The notes beneath the pieces are model-generated. The model made no database searches. It was not told where the DNA came from and worked only from the letters and a program-made list of their open reading frames with translations. Both the position numbers and the translations under genes were made by a program. Of a DNA stretch of 64,000 nucleotides, positions 53,322-63,776 are shown piece after piece; the stretch's first letter is position 1, and the number at the start of each line of letters is the position of its first letter. Source of the DNA: Alphaproteobacteria bacterium (GTDB lineage: Bacteria > Pseudomonadota > Alphaproteobacteria > UBA828); assembly GCA_965237415.1 (NCBI GenBank), contig CBDEFM010000002.1, positions 448,001-512,000 of the forward strand. Direction: 5' to 3'.

Positions 53322-54146
53322 ATGCCCAAGCACCTTTCCGCGGAGGCCGTTGAACGCTACGAGCGCGACGGCTTCTACTTCCCAATTCAGGTGATTTCAC
53401 CGGCAGAGGCGCGGGCGATCCGCGCCGATGTCGAGGTTGCCGAGCGGTACTTCGCCAAGCAAGGGGAGCGGATACGGCACCGGCCCCATCTGCTGGTGAC
53501 GGCGCTCGACCGCCTGATCCGCAACGAGACGGTGCTGGACGCAGTCGAGGACCTGATCGGCCCCAACATCCTGTGCTGGACCTCGCTGTTCTTCACCAAG
53601 GACGCGCACGATCCGGCCTTTGTCTCCTGGCACCAGGATTCGACCTACTGGGGCCTCAGTACTGCCGAGGTGGTGACCGCCTGGATCGCGCTCTCGCCCA
53701 GCACGGTCGAGTCGGGGGCCATGCGGTTTGCCCCCAGCACCCACAAGCTGGACCAGATCGCGCACCGCGACACCTTCGACGAGCACAACATGCTCACGCG
53801 TGGCCAAATCGTCGAGCATGAGGTGGACGAGGCCGAGGCGGTCGATGTCGTGCTACAGCCCGGCGAAGCCTCGTTACACCATGTGCGCCTGATTCACGGC
53901 TCCGGTCCCAACAACTCCGACGACCGGCGCATCGGCTTCGCCACCCGCTACATTCCGACCCATGTGCGCAACGTCGTCGGCCGCGACTACGCGGCGCTTG
54001 TGCGCGGGGTCGACGAGTACGGCTACTTCGATAGCGAGCGCCGGCCCGCGCGCGATATGGAGCCCGAGGCGCTGGCCGCTTACGAGGCTGCGAACGCGAG
54101 CCACAACGCGGTGCTTTACGCGGGCGCGGCCCAGATGCGGGGCTAA
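53322..54146 (+). CDS. Phytanoyl-CoA dioxygenase (PhyH) family Fe(II)/2OG enzyme
   Basis: WHQDSTYW (HxD), HGSGPN...RRIG. Confidence 0.9.
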   Translation: MPKHLSAEAVERYERDGFYFPIQVISPAEARAIRADVEVAERYFAKQGERIRHRPHLLVTALDRLIRNETVLDAVEDLIGPNILCWTSLFFTKDAHDPAFVSWHQDSTYWGLSTAEVVTAWIALSPSTVESGAMRFAPSTHKLDQIAHRDTFDEHNMLTRGQIVEHEVDEAEAVDVVLQPGEASLHHVRLIHGSGPNNSDDRRIGFATRYIPTHVRNVVGRDYAALVRGVDEYGYFDSERRPARDMEPEALAAYEAANASHNAVLYAGAAQMRG

Positions 54147-54168
54147 GCCCGTCCCTCTCGACGGAGCA

Positions 54169-54366
54169 TGGTGCGGTGCACGGCACGCGGCATCCGAGCC
54201 AAAGTTGCGCTATGGAACGAGAGAGTGCGCGGAGTACGGCAAGTGGCGGAGGCAGGTTGAGGGGGCGAGTGTCGGCGGCGCGGCTGCCGCCTGTCCCGAA
54301 GAATCCCACTTATCCCACTTAATCCCACTTAATCCCGCTAAGGAATTGAGTCTCGGCGGGTTGGTG
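54169..54366. repeat. Dispersed ~170-bp element, copy B, with tandem AATCCCACTT 10-mers
   Basis: GAATCCCACTT-ATCCCACTT-AATCCCACTT-AATCCCGC at 54301-54338 plus upstream blocks shared with 14385-14565. Confidence 0.8.
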
Positions 54367-54463
54367 GGGGGCGAGACGACGGGAGGCGAAGCCGCGCCGC
54401 ATTGCGCTTTGTCGCAGCCTTGGGCATAAACGCGGCGCGGTCGATCGGTGCGAGGCTTCGGTT

Positions 54464-55780
54464 ATGCGGCGTTCACGTTACTTCCTGCCGACCCTGAGAG
54501 AGAACCCGGCCGAGGCGCAGATCGTCTCGCACCGGCTCATGCTGCGCGCCGGCATGATCCGGCAGTCGAGCGCCGGCATTTACAGCTGGCTGCCGCTGGG
54601 CCATCGGGTGCTTCGCAAGATCGAGCAGGTGGTGCGCCAGGAAATGAACGCCGCCGGCTGCCAGGAGATCCTCATGCCGGCGGTGCAGCCGGCCGAGCTT
54701 TGGGAGGAGAGCGGCCGCTACCAGGACTACGGCAAGGAGATGCTGCGCTTCACCGACAGGCACGACCGCCCGATGCTCTTCGGCCCGACCCATGAGGAGG
54801 TCGTGACCGATATCTTCCGGCAGTCGGTGCGCAGCTACCGCGACCTGCCGCAGAACCTCTACCAGATCCAGTGGAAGTTTCGCGACGAGCTGCGCCCGCG
54901 CTTCGGGATCATGCGCGGACGCGAGTTCTACATGAAGGACAACTACTCCTTCGACATCGACCATGCGGCTGCCGTGCGCTCCTACAACAAGATGTTCGTC
55001 GCCTATCTACGCACCTTCGCCCGGCTCGGGCTTACATCGATCCCGATGCAGGCGGAGAGCGGGGCCATCGGCGGCGACTACAGCCACGAGTTCATCGTGC
55101 TGGCGGCTACGGGCGAGAGCGCCGTCTATTGCGACCGCGCCTGGCTCGATACCGACCCGCTGGCAATGGGAATCGATTACGAGGCCGACCTTCAGCCGAT
55201 CGTCGATGAATGGACCCGGCTCTACGCCGCCACCGACGACAAACACGACCCCGCCGCTTGTCCGGTGCCCGAGGACGCGCTCTATCAGGGCCGCGGGATC
55301 GAGGTCGGCCACATCTTCTACTTCGGCACCAAGTACTCGAAGGCCATGGGCGCCACGGTGACCGATCCGGACGGCGCCGAGGTCGCGGTCGAGATGGGCT
55401 CTTACGGGATCGGCGTCTCCCGCCTCGCGGGCGCCATCATCGAGGCGAGCCACGACGAGGCGGGCATCATCTGGCCGGAGGTTGCGGCGCCCTTCAAGGT
55501 GGGCCTCATCAACCTGCGTGTCGGCGATCCGGCGTGCGACGAGGCGTGCGACTCGCTCTATGAGCGTCTTATCCAAGCAGGCGTCGAGGTCCTCTACGAC
55601 GACCGGGACGAACGCGCGGGCGTCAAGTTCGCGGAGATGGAGCTGATCGGGCTGCCCTGGCAGGTCGCGATCGGCCCGCGCGGCGTCAAGTCGGGCACGG
55701 CGGAGTTGAAGGCGCGGGCCGGCGGCGAGGCCGAAGCGCTCTCCTTCGAGTCGGTCTCCGCACGTCTGATCGGGGACTAG
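54464..55780 (+). CDS. proS: Proline--tRNA ligase (short alphaproteobacterial form)
   Basis: [48 protein letters not shown]. Confidence 0.97.
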   Translation: MRRSRYFLPTLRENPAEAQIVSHRLMLRAGMIRQSSAGIYSWLPLGHRVLRKIEQVVRQEMNAAGCQEILMPAVQPAELWEESGRYQDYGKEMLRFTDRHDRPMLFGPTHEEVVTDIFRQSVRSYRDLPQNLYQIQWKFRDELRPRFGIMRGREFYMKDNYSFDIDHAAAVRSYNKMFVAYLRTFARLGLTSIPMQAESGAIGGDYSHEFIVLAATGESAVYCDRAWLDTDPLAMGIDYEADLQPIVDEWTRLYAATDDKHDPAACPVPEDALYQGRGIEVGHIFYFGTKYSKAMGATVTDPDGAEVAVEMGSYGIGVSRLAGAIIEASHDEAGIIWPEVAAPFKVGLINLRVGDPACDEACDSLYERLIQAGVEVLYDDRDERAGVKFAEMELIGLPWQVAIGPRGVKSGTAELKARAGGEAEALSFESVSARLIGD

Positions 55781-55792
55781 CGGCCCCCGCAC

Positions 55793-57037
55793 ATGTTCTC
55801 GGCTTTCGAACGCCTCGTCGCGTTTCGCTATCTGCGCGCCCGCCGACAGGAAGGCCTCGTCTCGGTCATCGCGGCGTTTTCGCTCATCGGCATTTTCCTC
55901 GGCGTCGCCACGCTCATCATTGTCATGTCGGTGATGAACGGATTTCGCGAGGAGTTGCTTGCCCGCATTCTCGGGCTCAACGGCCACATGACGGTCTACT
56001 CCTTTCAGGACGGCTTTACCGATTTCGATCCGCTCACGGCTCGCATCAAGGCGGTGGATGGCGTCGTCACCGTCTCGCCCACCGTCACGGGACAGGTGAT
56101 CGCGGCAGCGCACGGCAAGGCCACCTTCGGCCAAGTGCGCGGTGTGCGCGACAGCTACCTGGAGGCGCGGCCGCTGCTGACCCAGAACATCGTCGCGGGC
56201 CGGCTCGAAGACTTTATCGCCGGCGACGGGGTCCTGATCGGCGACCGCATGGCGCGCAGGCTCGGCGTAGGAGTCGGCGATTCCATAACGCTGCTCTCGC
56301 CGGAAGGTCGATCGACGCTAATGGGTACGGTGCCGCGCTCGCGCGCCTACTCTGTGGTGGCGACGTTCGACATCGGCATGTTCGAGTACGACTCCACGTA
56401 CGTCTTCATGCCGCTTGACCTCGCCCAGGTCTACTTCAGGAAACAAGGTGAGGTCACCGCCATCGAGCTGACGGTCGCCGATCCCGATCGCATACGGGAG
56501 GTCGAGGCCGGTGTGAAGGGGGTCATCGGCAACCTGGGGTGGATCGTCGACTGGCGGCGGGCCAATGCGCAGTTCGTCAACGCGCTTGAGGTCGAGCGCA
56601 ACGTCATGTTCGTGATCCTGACCTTGATCGTGCTGGTGGCCGCCTTCAACATCATCGCCGGGTTGATCATGGTCGTGAAGGACAAGGGCCGCGACATCGC
56701 CATCTTGCGGACGATGGGGGCGACGCGCGGGCAGATCTTGCGAATCTTTTTCATGAACGGCGCGGCGATCGGGTTGGCAGGCACCGTTCTCGGCGTTGCG
56801 GGCGGTATCGCCTTCGCCGCCAACATCGACAGCATCCGGGTGTGGCTCGAGAGCATGACCGACACTGCGCTGTTCCCGGCCGAGATCCGCTTCCTCTCGC
56901 AGCTCCCGTCGCGGATCGATCCGGTCGAGGTGGTGATCGTGGCGGCAATGGCGATCGGACTCTCGTTCCTGGCGACGATTTACCCCGCCTGGCGGGCTGC
57001 GCGGCTCGATCCGGTGGAGGCGCTGCGCTATGAGTAG
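55793..57037 (+). CDS. lolE: Lipoprotein-releasing ABC transporter permease LolC/E
   Basis: LGVATLIIVMSVMNGF, IAILRTMGA, YPAWRAARLDPVEALRYE. Confidence 0.94.
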   Translation: MFSAFERLVAFRYLRARRQEGLVSVIAAFSLIGIFLGVATLIIVMSVMNGFREELLARILGLNGHMTVYSFQDGFTDFDPLTARIKAVDGVVTVSPTVTGQVIAAAHGKATFGQVRGVRDSYLEARPLLTQNIVAGRLEDFIAGDGVLIGDRMARRLGVGVGDSITLLSPEGRSTLMGTVPRSRAYSVVATFDIGMFEYDSTYVFMPLDLAQVYFRKQGEVTAIELTVADPDRIREVEAGVKGVIGNLGWIVDWRRANAQFVNALEVERNVMFVILTLIVLVAAFNIIAGLIMVVKDKGRDIAILRTMGATRGQILRIFFMNGAAIGLAGTVLGVAGGIAFAANIDSIRVWLESMTDTALFPAEIRFLSQLPSRIDPVEVVIVAAMAIGLSFLATIYPAWRAARLDPVEALRYE

Positions 57038-57713
57038 CGCGCCTACTCTCGAGCTCCGCCAGGTGGTGCAGACCTTCTATCAGGCTGGAAACGCGATCGA
57101 GGTGCTGAAGGGTGCCTCACTCTCGGTCTTGCCTGGGGAGATGGTCGCCTTGGTCGGGCCATCGGGGGCGGGCAAGTCGACGCTGCTCCAGATCGCCGGG
57201 CTGCTGGAGCGCCCGCGCGCCGGCGAGGTTGCCATCGCGGGCGAGCGCTGCGAGCGATTGCCGGACCGGCGCAGGACCAGGCTACGCCGCGAGCGGCTCG
57301 GCTTCATCTATCAGTTCCATCACCTGCTGGCCGAGTTCTCGGCGCTGGAGAACGTGGTCCTGCCGCAGATGATCGCGGGTCGCTCCAGGCGTGTGGCGCG
57401 AGAACGGGCGCGCGAGCTGCTGGCCCGTCTCGGGCTCGATGCGCGCGAGAGCCACCGGCCTTCACGCCTCTCAGGCGGCGAGCAACAGCGCGTCGCCATC
57501 GCGCGCGCTATTGCCAACGCGCCGACCGTGCTGCTCGCAGACGAGCCCACCGGCAACCTTGACCACGAAACGGCGGACTCGGTGTTTGCATCGCTGCTCG
57601 ATATCGTCCGCACGACCGGGCTCGCCGCGCTCGTTGCCACACACAACATGCCCCTTGCAGAGCGCATGGACAGGCGCCTTGCGCTTGAGAACGGCGTTCT
57701 CGTCTCGCTTTGA
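57030..57713 (+). CDS. lolD: Lipoprotein-releasing ABC transporter ATPase
   Basis: GPSGAGKST, GFIYQFHHLL, LSGGEQQR, DEPTGNLD. Confidence 0.94.
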   Translation: MSSAPTLELRQVVQTFYQAGNAIEVLKGASLSVLPGEMVALVGPSGAGKSTLLQIAGLLERPRAGEVAIAGERCERLPDRRRTRLRRERLGFIYQFHHLLAEFSALENVVLPQMIAGRSRRVARERARELLARLGLDARESHRPSRLSGGEQQRVAIARAIANAPTVLLADEPTGNLDHETADSVFASLLDIVRTTGLAALVATHNMPLAERMDRRLALENGVLVSL

Positions 57714-57732
57714 ATGTCCCAGGCATGAGCAG

Positions 57733-58458
57733 ATGAGCCCCGACCCGTCAGCTCCGCCCGTGCTGCTCGTGACGCACGTTACGGCCATCGATGCGGGCGC
57801 AGTCCCGGATCTGCTCGCCGGCCTGGGGCGGCGGTCCTGCATCATCAGGGCAAACAAGGGGGAGCCGTTTCCGGAGGACGTCGAAACGCTCGGAGGTGTC
57901 GTCAGCTTTGGCGGGCCGCAGAGCGCCAACGACGATCACGTCGACTACGTCCGGGCGGAGTTGGACTGGATACCCCGCGTGATGGCGGCCGGTGTGCCGC
58001 TGCTCGGCATTTGCCTCGGAAGCCAGATGGTGGCACGCACCCTCGGCGCCACGGTAGGCCCCGACCCGAACGGGCTTTATGAGTTTGGCTACTACCCGAT
58101 CGAGCCGCTCGACGGCGCAGCCCAAGACCTGGCCCTCGACGCGACGCTCAACGTGGCGCACCGCCACGGCGAGGCGTTCACGATGCCTGCCGGCGCCCGC
58201 CGGCTTGCACGGCGCGATGTGTTCGAGAATCAAGCCTTCCGCTATGGGGCGACGACCTGGGCTCTGCAATTCCATCCAGAGGTCAACGACGCTGTGCTGG
58301 CGCGCTGGGTCGACAGCGACCCACCCGCCGAGGACTTGAGGCGGACCGGCGCGCAGACGCCGGCGGAACAGCGCGCAAACCATGCTCGCTATCACGCGAC
58401 CGTGCATGAGTGGCTCGGGCGATTCCTTGCGCTCTGGCTCGCCAGCGCGGAGCAATGA
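57733..58458 (+). CDS. Class I glutamine amidotransferase-like protein
   Basis: GGPQS, GICLGSQ, QFHPE triad. Confidence 0.9.
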   Translation: MSPDPSAPPVLLVTHVTAIDAGAVPDLLAGLGRRSCIIRANKGEPFPEDVETLGGVVSFGGPQSANDDHVDYVRAELDWIPRVMAAGVPLLGICLGSQMVARTLGATVGPDPNGLYEFGYYPIEPLDGAAQDLALDATLNVAHRHGEAFTMPAGARRLARRDVFENQAFRYGATTWALQFHPEVNDAVLARWVDSDPPAEDLRRTGAQTPAEQRANHARYHATVHEWLGRFLALWLASAEQ

Positions 58459-58492
58459 CAGCGGCGCGGACCTGAGGAGACGGAACGGCACG

Positions 58493-59086
58493 ATGGTCAA
58501 CAGCCTGATCGTCGGCATTACCGGCGCGAGCGGCGCCGTCTACGGCGTGCGCCTGCTCGAAGTGCTGAGTGAGACCCCGGTCGAGACGCATCTCGTCGTC
58601 AGCAAGTGGGGCCAGCGGACGCTGGAGCACGAGACCGGCAAGAAGCTCGACGATCTTCGTGCGCTCGCGGATCATCACTACGGGGCAGGGGACATGGCCG
58701 CCCTGATGTCGTCGGGCTCGGCTGCGATCGACGGCATGGCGATCGCGCCCTGCTCGGCACGAAGCCTTGCGGCGATCGCCTGTGGGCTCAGCGAAAACCT
58801 GATCCACCGCGCGGCCGACGTCATGATCAAGGAGCGTCGACCGCTCGTCCTCCTGGTCCGTGAGACGCCGCTCAGCGCCATCCACCTCGAGAACATGCTC
58901 AAGCTGGCGCGGCTCGGCGTGACGATCTTTCCTCCCGTTCCGGCGTTCTACAACGAGCCTGGATCGATCGATGAGATCGTCGACTACACCGTGGTCAGGG
59001 CGTTGGACCAGTTCGGCCTGAAGGTCGACCTGGGCGAGCGCTGGCGTGGCGGGCTCACCCGCCGCGTAGCATCGTCGGAGCATTAA
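58493..59086 (+). CDS. ubiX: Flavin prenyltransferase UbiX
   Basis: GITGASG, APCS, RAADV..KERR, RETP, PAFY. Confidence 0.94.
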   Translation: MVNSLIVGITGASGAVYGVRLLEVLSETPVETHLVVSKWGQRTLEHETGKKLDDLRALADHHYGAGDMAALMSSGSAAIDGMAIAPCSARSLAAIACGLSENLIHRAADVMIKERRPLVLLVRETPLSAIHLENMLKLARLGVTIFPPVPAFYNEPGSIDEIVDYTVVRALDQFGLKVDLGERWRGGLTRRVASSEH

Positions 59087-59110
59087 GGCTGAATCGGGCC
59101 GGCCCTCGAA

Positions 59111-59779
59111 CTAGAACGTGTGCGCCGCCGCGATTGCGATTGCGCGTTCGATATCGGCGATCGCGCCGGCCATCTCGCGGCCGATCAGGTCCATCTTGCG
59201 GAGCTGCTCGATGCGCCGCTCAGCACGATCGATTTCCCTCTTCGAGAAGATCGTCGGCAGGATGTTGCAGCTGTCGACGAGGCAGATAAGCGCCACGTCT
59301 CTGGGGTCGGGAATGTCTTCCGTGAACAGCACATCCGCGATGCGCTTCTTCGCCTCCTGCTCGACCTTGCCGTCGATGGTCGGGTAGCGGCGGGAGCGAA
59401 AGACCCACAGGAACTTCTCTTCCCGCCGCTCCAGAACGCCACGCTCTACGAGCTTGTCGAGCGCGGTCGCCCGAATTGTCACCGCGTGCCGTGCCGATGC
59501 CTCCTCGGCAGACAGCGTCTCGATCCACGTTCTGCTGTTGGCGGTGGCTTTCTCACTCGCGATCCGCGCCAGGGTGCGGTCGAGCAGAGCATCGCCCGTC
59601 GGGGTGGAATCGATCACCACCAGCCGCTCGGGGTCGGTATCGATCCGGTTGGCCAATGCGAGGTCCATGAGGACCGCGCCCGTGAGCGCACGGTTGAGGG
59701 TATGCTCGCTGACCGGCAGGAAGGTGCCGTTCTCGTCATGGAGAAGGAGCACCATGATCTCTTCGTAGAATGTCAGCAT
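59111..59779 (-). CDS. GPP34 (GOLPH3/Vps74-like) family protein
   Basis: MLTFYEEIMVLLL, GAVLMDLALANRI, TGDALLD, LVERGVL...KFLWVF...YP. Confidence 0.82.
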   Translation of the reverse strand: MLTFYEEIMVLLLHDENGTFLPVSEHTLNRALTGAVLMDLALANRIDTDPERLVVIDSTPTGDALLDRTLARIASEKATANSRTWIETLSAEEASARHAVTIRATALDKLVERGVLERREEKFLWVFRSRRYPTIDGKVEQEAKKRIADVLFTEDIPDPRDVALICLVDSCNILPTIFSKREIDRAERRIEQLRKMDLIGREMAGAIADIERAIAIAAAHTF

Positions 59780-59831
59780 GAAACCGATTCCCGAGGTCAG
59801 GGGCAGGGTCGGAGGCTGTGGGAGCGGCGTC

Positions 59832-60167
59832 TCAAGCGACTGCGGCGAGCGCAGCCTCGTTCGTTTCGTGGCACTCGATGATCGACAGGAAACCGCTCAT
59901 TTTCATGACCGACCGACACTCGGGTTGCAGGGCTGCGATGGCCAGCTTCCCACCCCCTTGCTGGCATTGTCTGGCGCTGATGAGCAAGACACGCAGGCCA
60001 GCGCTGCTGACATAGGCCATCTGGCCACACTCCAGCACCACGCGCACGTCGCCACGCTCGACGATCGCGGCAATCCTGGCCTCCAGGTCCGGCCCGCTGA
60101 CTCCGTCAAGCCTACCGTTCAGGGAGACGACGACTGCCGTTCCCTCTGTCCGTTCCTCGATCTCCAT
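59832..60167 (-). CDS. STAS-domain anti-sigma factor antagonist
   Basis: MEIEER...GRLD...YVSSAGLRVLL (phospho-acceptor Ser motif). Confidence 0.9.
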   Translation of the reverse strand: MEIEERTEGTAVVVSLNGRLDGVSGPDLEARIAAIVERGDVRVVLECGQMAYVSSAGLRVLLISARQCQQGGGKLAIAALQPECRSVMKMSGFLSIIECHETNEAALAAVA

Positions 60168-60253
60168 CGCGGCCTCGCCTTCCGCTTTGGGGCCTCCCGC
60201 GCTCGTCCGCGGGCGCGGCCACCATACGCCGTTCGCATTGCTTTCTGCAATGG

Positions 60254-61486
60254 TTACGGGCCACCGCCGTCGCGCCAAAGTCGCGGCCAGCGGAGGCCGA
60301 GCAGGAAGGCGGCGACCAGACCCTCCGCCGCGACGATGCGCACCGCGTTGGCACCGCCGAAGAGCTCGCCCATGAGGCCAATATTGGTGAAGCCGATCAC
60401 GCCCGCGCCGATCGTGAGGGAGAGGATTCCGAGCAGGCGGCCCCGCATCTCCGGTGGCGCGATCCCGTAGATCAGCGTGGTCTGCATGGTCGAAAACCCG
60501 GCCGCGCCCAAACCGGCCATGAAGATGACCACGGCCATCGGCGCGGTTTCCGTCATCCAGCCGACGACGAAGGCGAACGCGGAGTAGCTGGCGGTTCCGA
60601 AGAAGTAGAGGCGTCGGTACCATCCCGGCCGTGGGCCGAAGGTGGCGATCAGCAGCGCGCCGGCGAAGGCGCCGCCGCCTTCCAGCGCGGCGAGGCCGCC
60701 GATGGCGGCAGCGCTCAGGCCAAGCTTCTCCGTGCCGATGACCGGGATCATCGAGACGAAGGGGAAGCCCCAAATGTTGAAGATCACCGTGACGTACAGG
60801 ATGCGACGGACCTCCGCTTCCCGGGCCAGGTATCGGAAGCCATCGCCGAATTCGCCCAGGAGCCTCGCGGAGCGCTGGCCGACGCCAGAGGCGAGGAACG
60901 CCTTGGGCACTCCCGGCGTTATGATCAGACAAATCGCGTAGAGGCCCGCCGCCAGGCCGAAGGCCCCGCCGAGGCCGAGCCACTGGTAGAGCAACCCGCC
61001 GAAGAGCGGGCCGATCAAGCGCGTCGCATTGCTCGTGGCGCTGTCCAGGCTCATGCCGGCGGCGATCCGCTCGGGCCCGGCGACATCGCCGATCAGACGC
61101 CGCCTGACCGGCATGTCCGTGGTCCAAACGACGCCGGAGAGGAAGGTCGCAAGCGCTATGTGCCAATAGGCGACCATGCCCGAGAGCGCGAGGCCGAGAA
61201 CGACGAGCGAGACCAGCGTCGCCGTTACGAGCGAGGCGTAAAGCAGGAAGCGCGGCGCCACGCGGTCGGCGAAAGTGCCGACGAAGGAGCCGAACACGGC
61301 GAGCGGCAGCATGCGCAGGATGACGAGCAACGCCACCAGCACCGGCGATCCCGTCGTCTCAAACGCGAAGATGCCCACCACCAGCATCTCCAGCCAGCGG
61401 GAGCCCATGCTGAAGAGGCCGATGAGCCAAAGGCGCAAAAAGTGGGGATTGCCCAGAAGCTCGGTCAACCGGCGCGGCAGGATCAT
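60254..61486 (-). CDS. MFS transporter
   Basis: ~12 hydrophobic segments, GTFADR, MRGR loop. Confidence 0.9.
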   Translation of the reverse strand: MILPRRLTELLGNPHFLRLWLIGLFSMGSRWLEMLVVGIFAFETTGSPVLVALLVILRMLPLAVFGSFVGTFADRVAPRFLLYASLVTATLVSLVVLGLALSGMVAYWHIALATFLSGVVWTTDMPVRRRLIGDVAGPERIAAGMSLDSATSNATRLIGPLFGGLLYQWLGLGGAFGLAAGLYAICLIITPGVPKAFLASGVGQRSARLLGEFGDGFRYLAREAEVRRILYVTVIFNIWGFPFVSMIPVIGTEKLGLSAAAIGGLAALEGGGAFAGALLIATFGPRPGWYRRLYFFGTASYSAFAFVVGWMTETAPMAVVIFMAGLGAAGFSTMQTTLIYGIAPPEMRGRLLGILSLTIGAGVIGFTNIGLMGELFGGANAVRIVAAEGLVAAFLLGLRWPRLWRDGGGP

Positions 61487-61699
61487 CGATGGCGGCTCAA
61501 GTCACGCGATGCTGTCGAGAGGGCAGAGAGCAGGACGGAGGCCGGGGCAGACTGCGGGTGGCACGGCTCCGAGGGTGCCGGCACGGCGCCACTATGGCAC
61601 GAACCGGCAGGAATCCCGGCTCATCAAATTGGTGTCGGCGCGGTCCCTGCGGCGCGCTATGGTGCTTTGGTAGCCGTCGGCGAGCAGATGAGGTGTGCG

Positions 61700-62416
61700 A
61701 TGGGCGAGAGCGATCGCGGCAACGTCAAAGAGGGGTGGAGCGCCTGGTGGAGCTTCGCGCGCATTCCAGAGTTCCCGGTCGAGGCGGACAAGATAGCCCT
61801 GATCGTCATCGACATGACCTACCAGCAGGCACACCGGGACTACGGCCTTTGCAAGCGGATCATCGAGGCGGGCCTCGAAGACGACCTCTCCTACTACCTC
61901 GACCGCATCGACCGCGTGGTGGTGCCCAACCTCGTGCAGCTCATCGCGGCGTTCCGGGCGCATAGGGCGCCGGTGATCTACACGCGCTGCGCCTCGCTGG
62001 TGGGCGACGGCTCGGACCAGACCTGGCGCCACCGTCATTTCGGTGTCGTCACGACTGTCGACTCGAAGGACGCACAGATCCTTGCGCCGCTCGTGCCGCA
62101 AGAGGGCGACATCATGCTGACCAAGAGCGGCTCGGCGGTCTTCCCCTCGACCAATTGCGAGCATCTTCTGCGTGTCAAGGGAATCACCACCATCGTGGTG
62201 AGCGGGATCTTCACCAACAGCTGCGTCGAGGGCACAATTCGGCTCGCGGGCGACCTCGACTTCCGCTGCCTGATGCCCGAAGACTCCTGCGCCGCGATGT
62301 CGCCGAGCGGCCACGCCAACGCGGTCGAATATCTCGACGGCAACTTTTGTCATGTAAGGCCTACGGCGGAGATCATCCGCCTGCTGGGTGAGGGGCAGGG
62401 CGCGGCCGCCGCTTAG
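61700..62416 (+). CDS. Isochorismatase-family cysteine hydrolase
   Basis: ALIVIDM, K..SAVF, TNSCVEGT. Confidence 0.88.
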   Translation: MGESDRGNVKEGWSAWWSFARIPEFPVEADKIALIVIDMTYQQAHRDYGLCKRIIEAGLEDDLSYYLDRIDRVVVPNLVQLIAAFRAHRAPVIYTRCASLVGDGSDQTWRHRHFGVVTTVDSKDAQILAPLVPQEGDIMLTKSGSAVFPSTNCEHLLRVKGITTIVVSGIFTNSCVEGTIRLAGDLDFRCLMPEDSCAAMSPSGHANAVEYLDGNFCHVRPTAEIIRLLGEGQGAAAA

Positions 62417-62418
62417 AA

Positions 62419-63591
62419 TCACGCCGTCTGCCGGATGACGCCGTCGCGGGCGAGCGCCCTGCATTCGGCCTCGTCGTAGCCGCTCTCGCGCAGGATCGCG
62501 GTGCTGTGCTGGCCGAGGGCAGGCGTCTCATGCGCGATCCTTCCGGGTTCCTCCCGGAACTTGATCGGGATGCCGAGGTGGGAGGCGCCATCGCTGTCCC
62601 GTTCGCGCATGCCGCGCGCGGCGAGGTGGGGATCGTCGAATGCTTCCTTGAGGTCGAGGACCGGCGCAAAGCAGATGTCGCGGCCATCGAACCAGGCGAC
62701 CCACTCGGCCTGGGTCCGCTGGGCAAAGGTCTCTTCGAGGAAGGCGTGAAGCGGCGCTTGCGCCGGGCCGGCGTGTTCGCGGCCGAGGGGGATCAGGTCG
62801 GGCCGTCCCACGCCTTCGAGGAAGTTGATGACGAATTTCATCTCGCCGCCGCCGAGGGTGATGTAGCGGCCGTCCTTGGTGCGGTAGGGGCGGTAGAACG
62901 CGGCGCCGCCCTGGGTGCGCTCGGCCGATGGGTCCGGCGCGCGGCCGTCGGCAAACACGCGGCCGGCCACATGCGCCGTCCATGACACCACCGTGTCGAA
63001 CATGGAAAGGTCCAGGTAGTCGCCGCGCCCGGTGGTCTGGCGGCGCAGCAGGGCCATGAGAATTCCCGCCAGCGCCATGAGCGAGCCCCCCATGTCGGAC
63101 GGCGGCAGGCACGCCATGGCCGGCTTGCCGTCGCCATCGACGCTGAGGCTGGCGATGCCGGCGAGCGCATTGACGCTGAGGTCGTGGGCCGGCCGGTCGC
63201 GGTAGGGTCCCGACTGGCCGAAGGCGGAGATGGAGGCGTAGACGATCTGCGGTGCGCGGGCGCACACGGCCTCGTAACCGATCCCGAGGCGGTCGACCAC
63301 GCCGGGACGGAACGTCTCGAGGATCACGTCGGCGGTCTCGGCGAGGCGCATGAAGGCCTCGCGTCCGGCCTCGCTCTTGAGATCGACCGCGAGGCTCCGC
63401 TTGCCCCGGTTGGCATTGCGGAAATAGACCGTGTGGCCGCCCTCGGCGGGCCCGATCACGCGCGCGGGATCGCCGCTCTTCGTGTCCTCGACCTTGATTA
63501 CGTCCGCGCCGTGATCGGCCATCATCATCGCCAGATGCGGACCCGGCAGAAACCGGGAGAGATCCAGCACCCTGATCCCTTCGAGCTTCAT
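62419..63591 (-). CDS. CaiB/BaiF family CoA-transferase
   Basis: LEGIRVLDLS, GADVIKVE, NRGKRS, FRPGV, FGQSGP, PALGQHS. Confidence 0.93.
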   Translation of the reverse strand: MKLEGIRVLDLSRFLPGPHLAMMMADHGADVIKVEDTKSGDPARVIGPAEGGHTVYFRNANRGKRSLAVDLKSEAGREAFMRLAETADVILETFRPGVVDRLGIGYEAVCARAPQIVYASISAFGQSGPYRDRPAHDLSVNALAGIASLSVDGDGKPAMACLPPSDMGGSLMALAGILMALLRRQTTGRGDYLDLSMFDTVVSWTAHVAGRVFADGRAPDPSAERTQGGAAFYRPYRTKDGRYITLGGGEMKFVINFLEGVGRPDLIPLGREHAGPAQAPLHAFLEETFAQRTQAEWVAWFDGRDICFAPVLDLKEAFDDPHLAARGMRERDSDGASHLGIPIKFREEPGRIAHETPALGQHSTAILRESGYDEAECRALARDGVIRQTA

Positions 63592-63776
63592 GGGTCGCCT
63601 CCGTGCTCTCGTTCGCTTTCGGTAGGCGCCGACATACCCCGTGGCCGCCGCCCGCGCCATAGCGCCGGAGCCCATTTCCAAGCACTCGGGCGGAGGTGAA
63701 GGCATGTCATTGGCCGGGCGCGGAACGTGCCGGTATGGTCTGCTCCGATCGCGCACCGAGTCGCCCGGGGGACGTC

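Noticed and set aside
54169-54463. T-box riboswitch upstream of proS
   Set aside because: No T-box antiterminator motif or terminator visible; T-boxes are not typical of Alphaproteobacteria
58493-59086. ubiX without adjacent ubiD
   Set aside because: The two genes are frequently unlinked; not unusual
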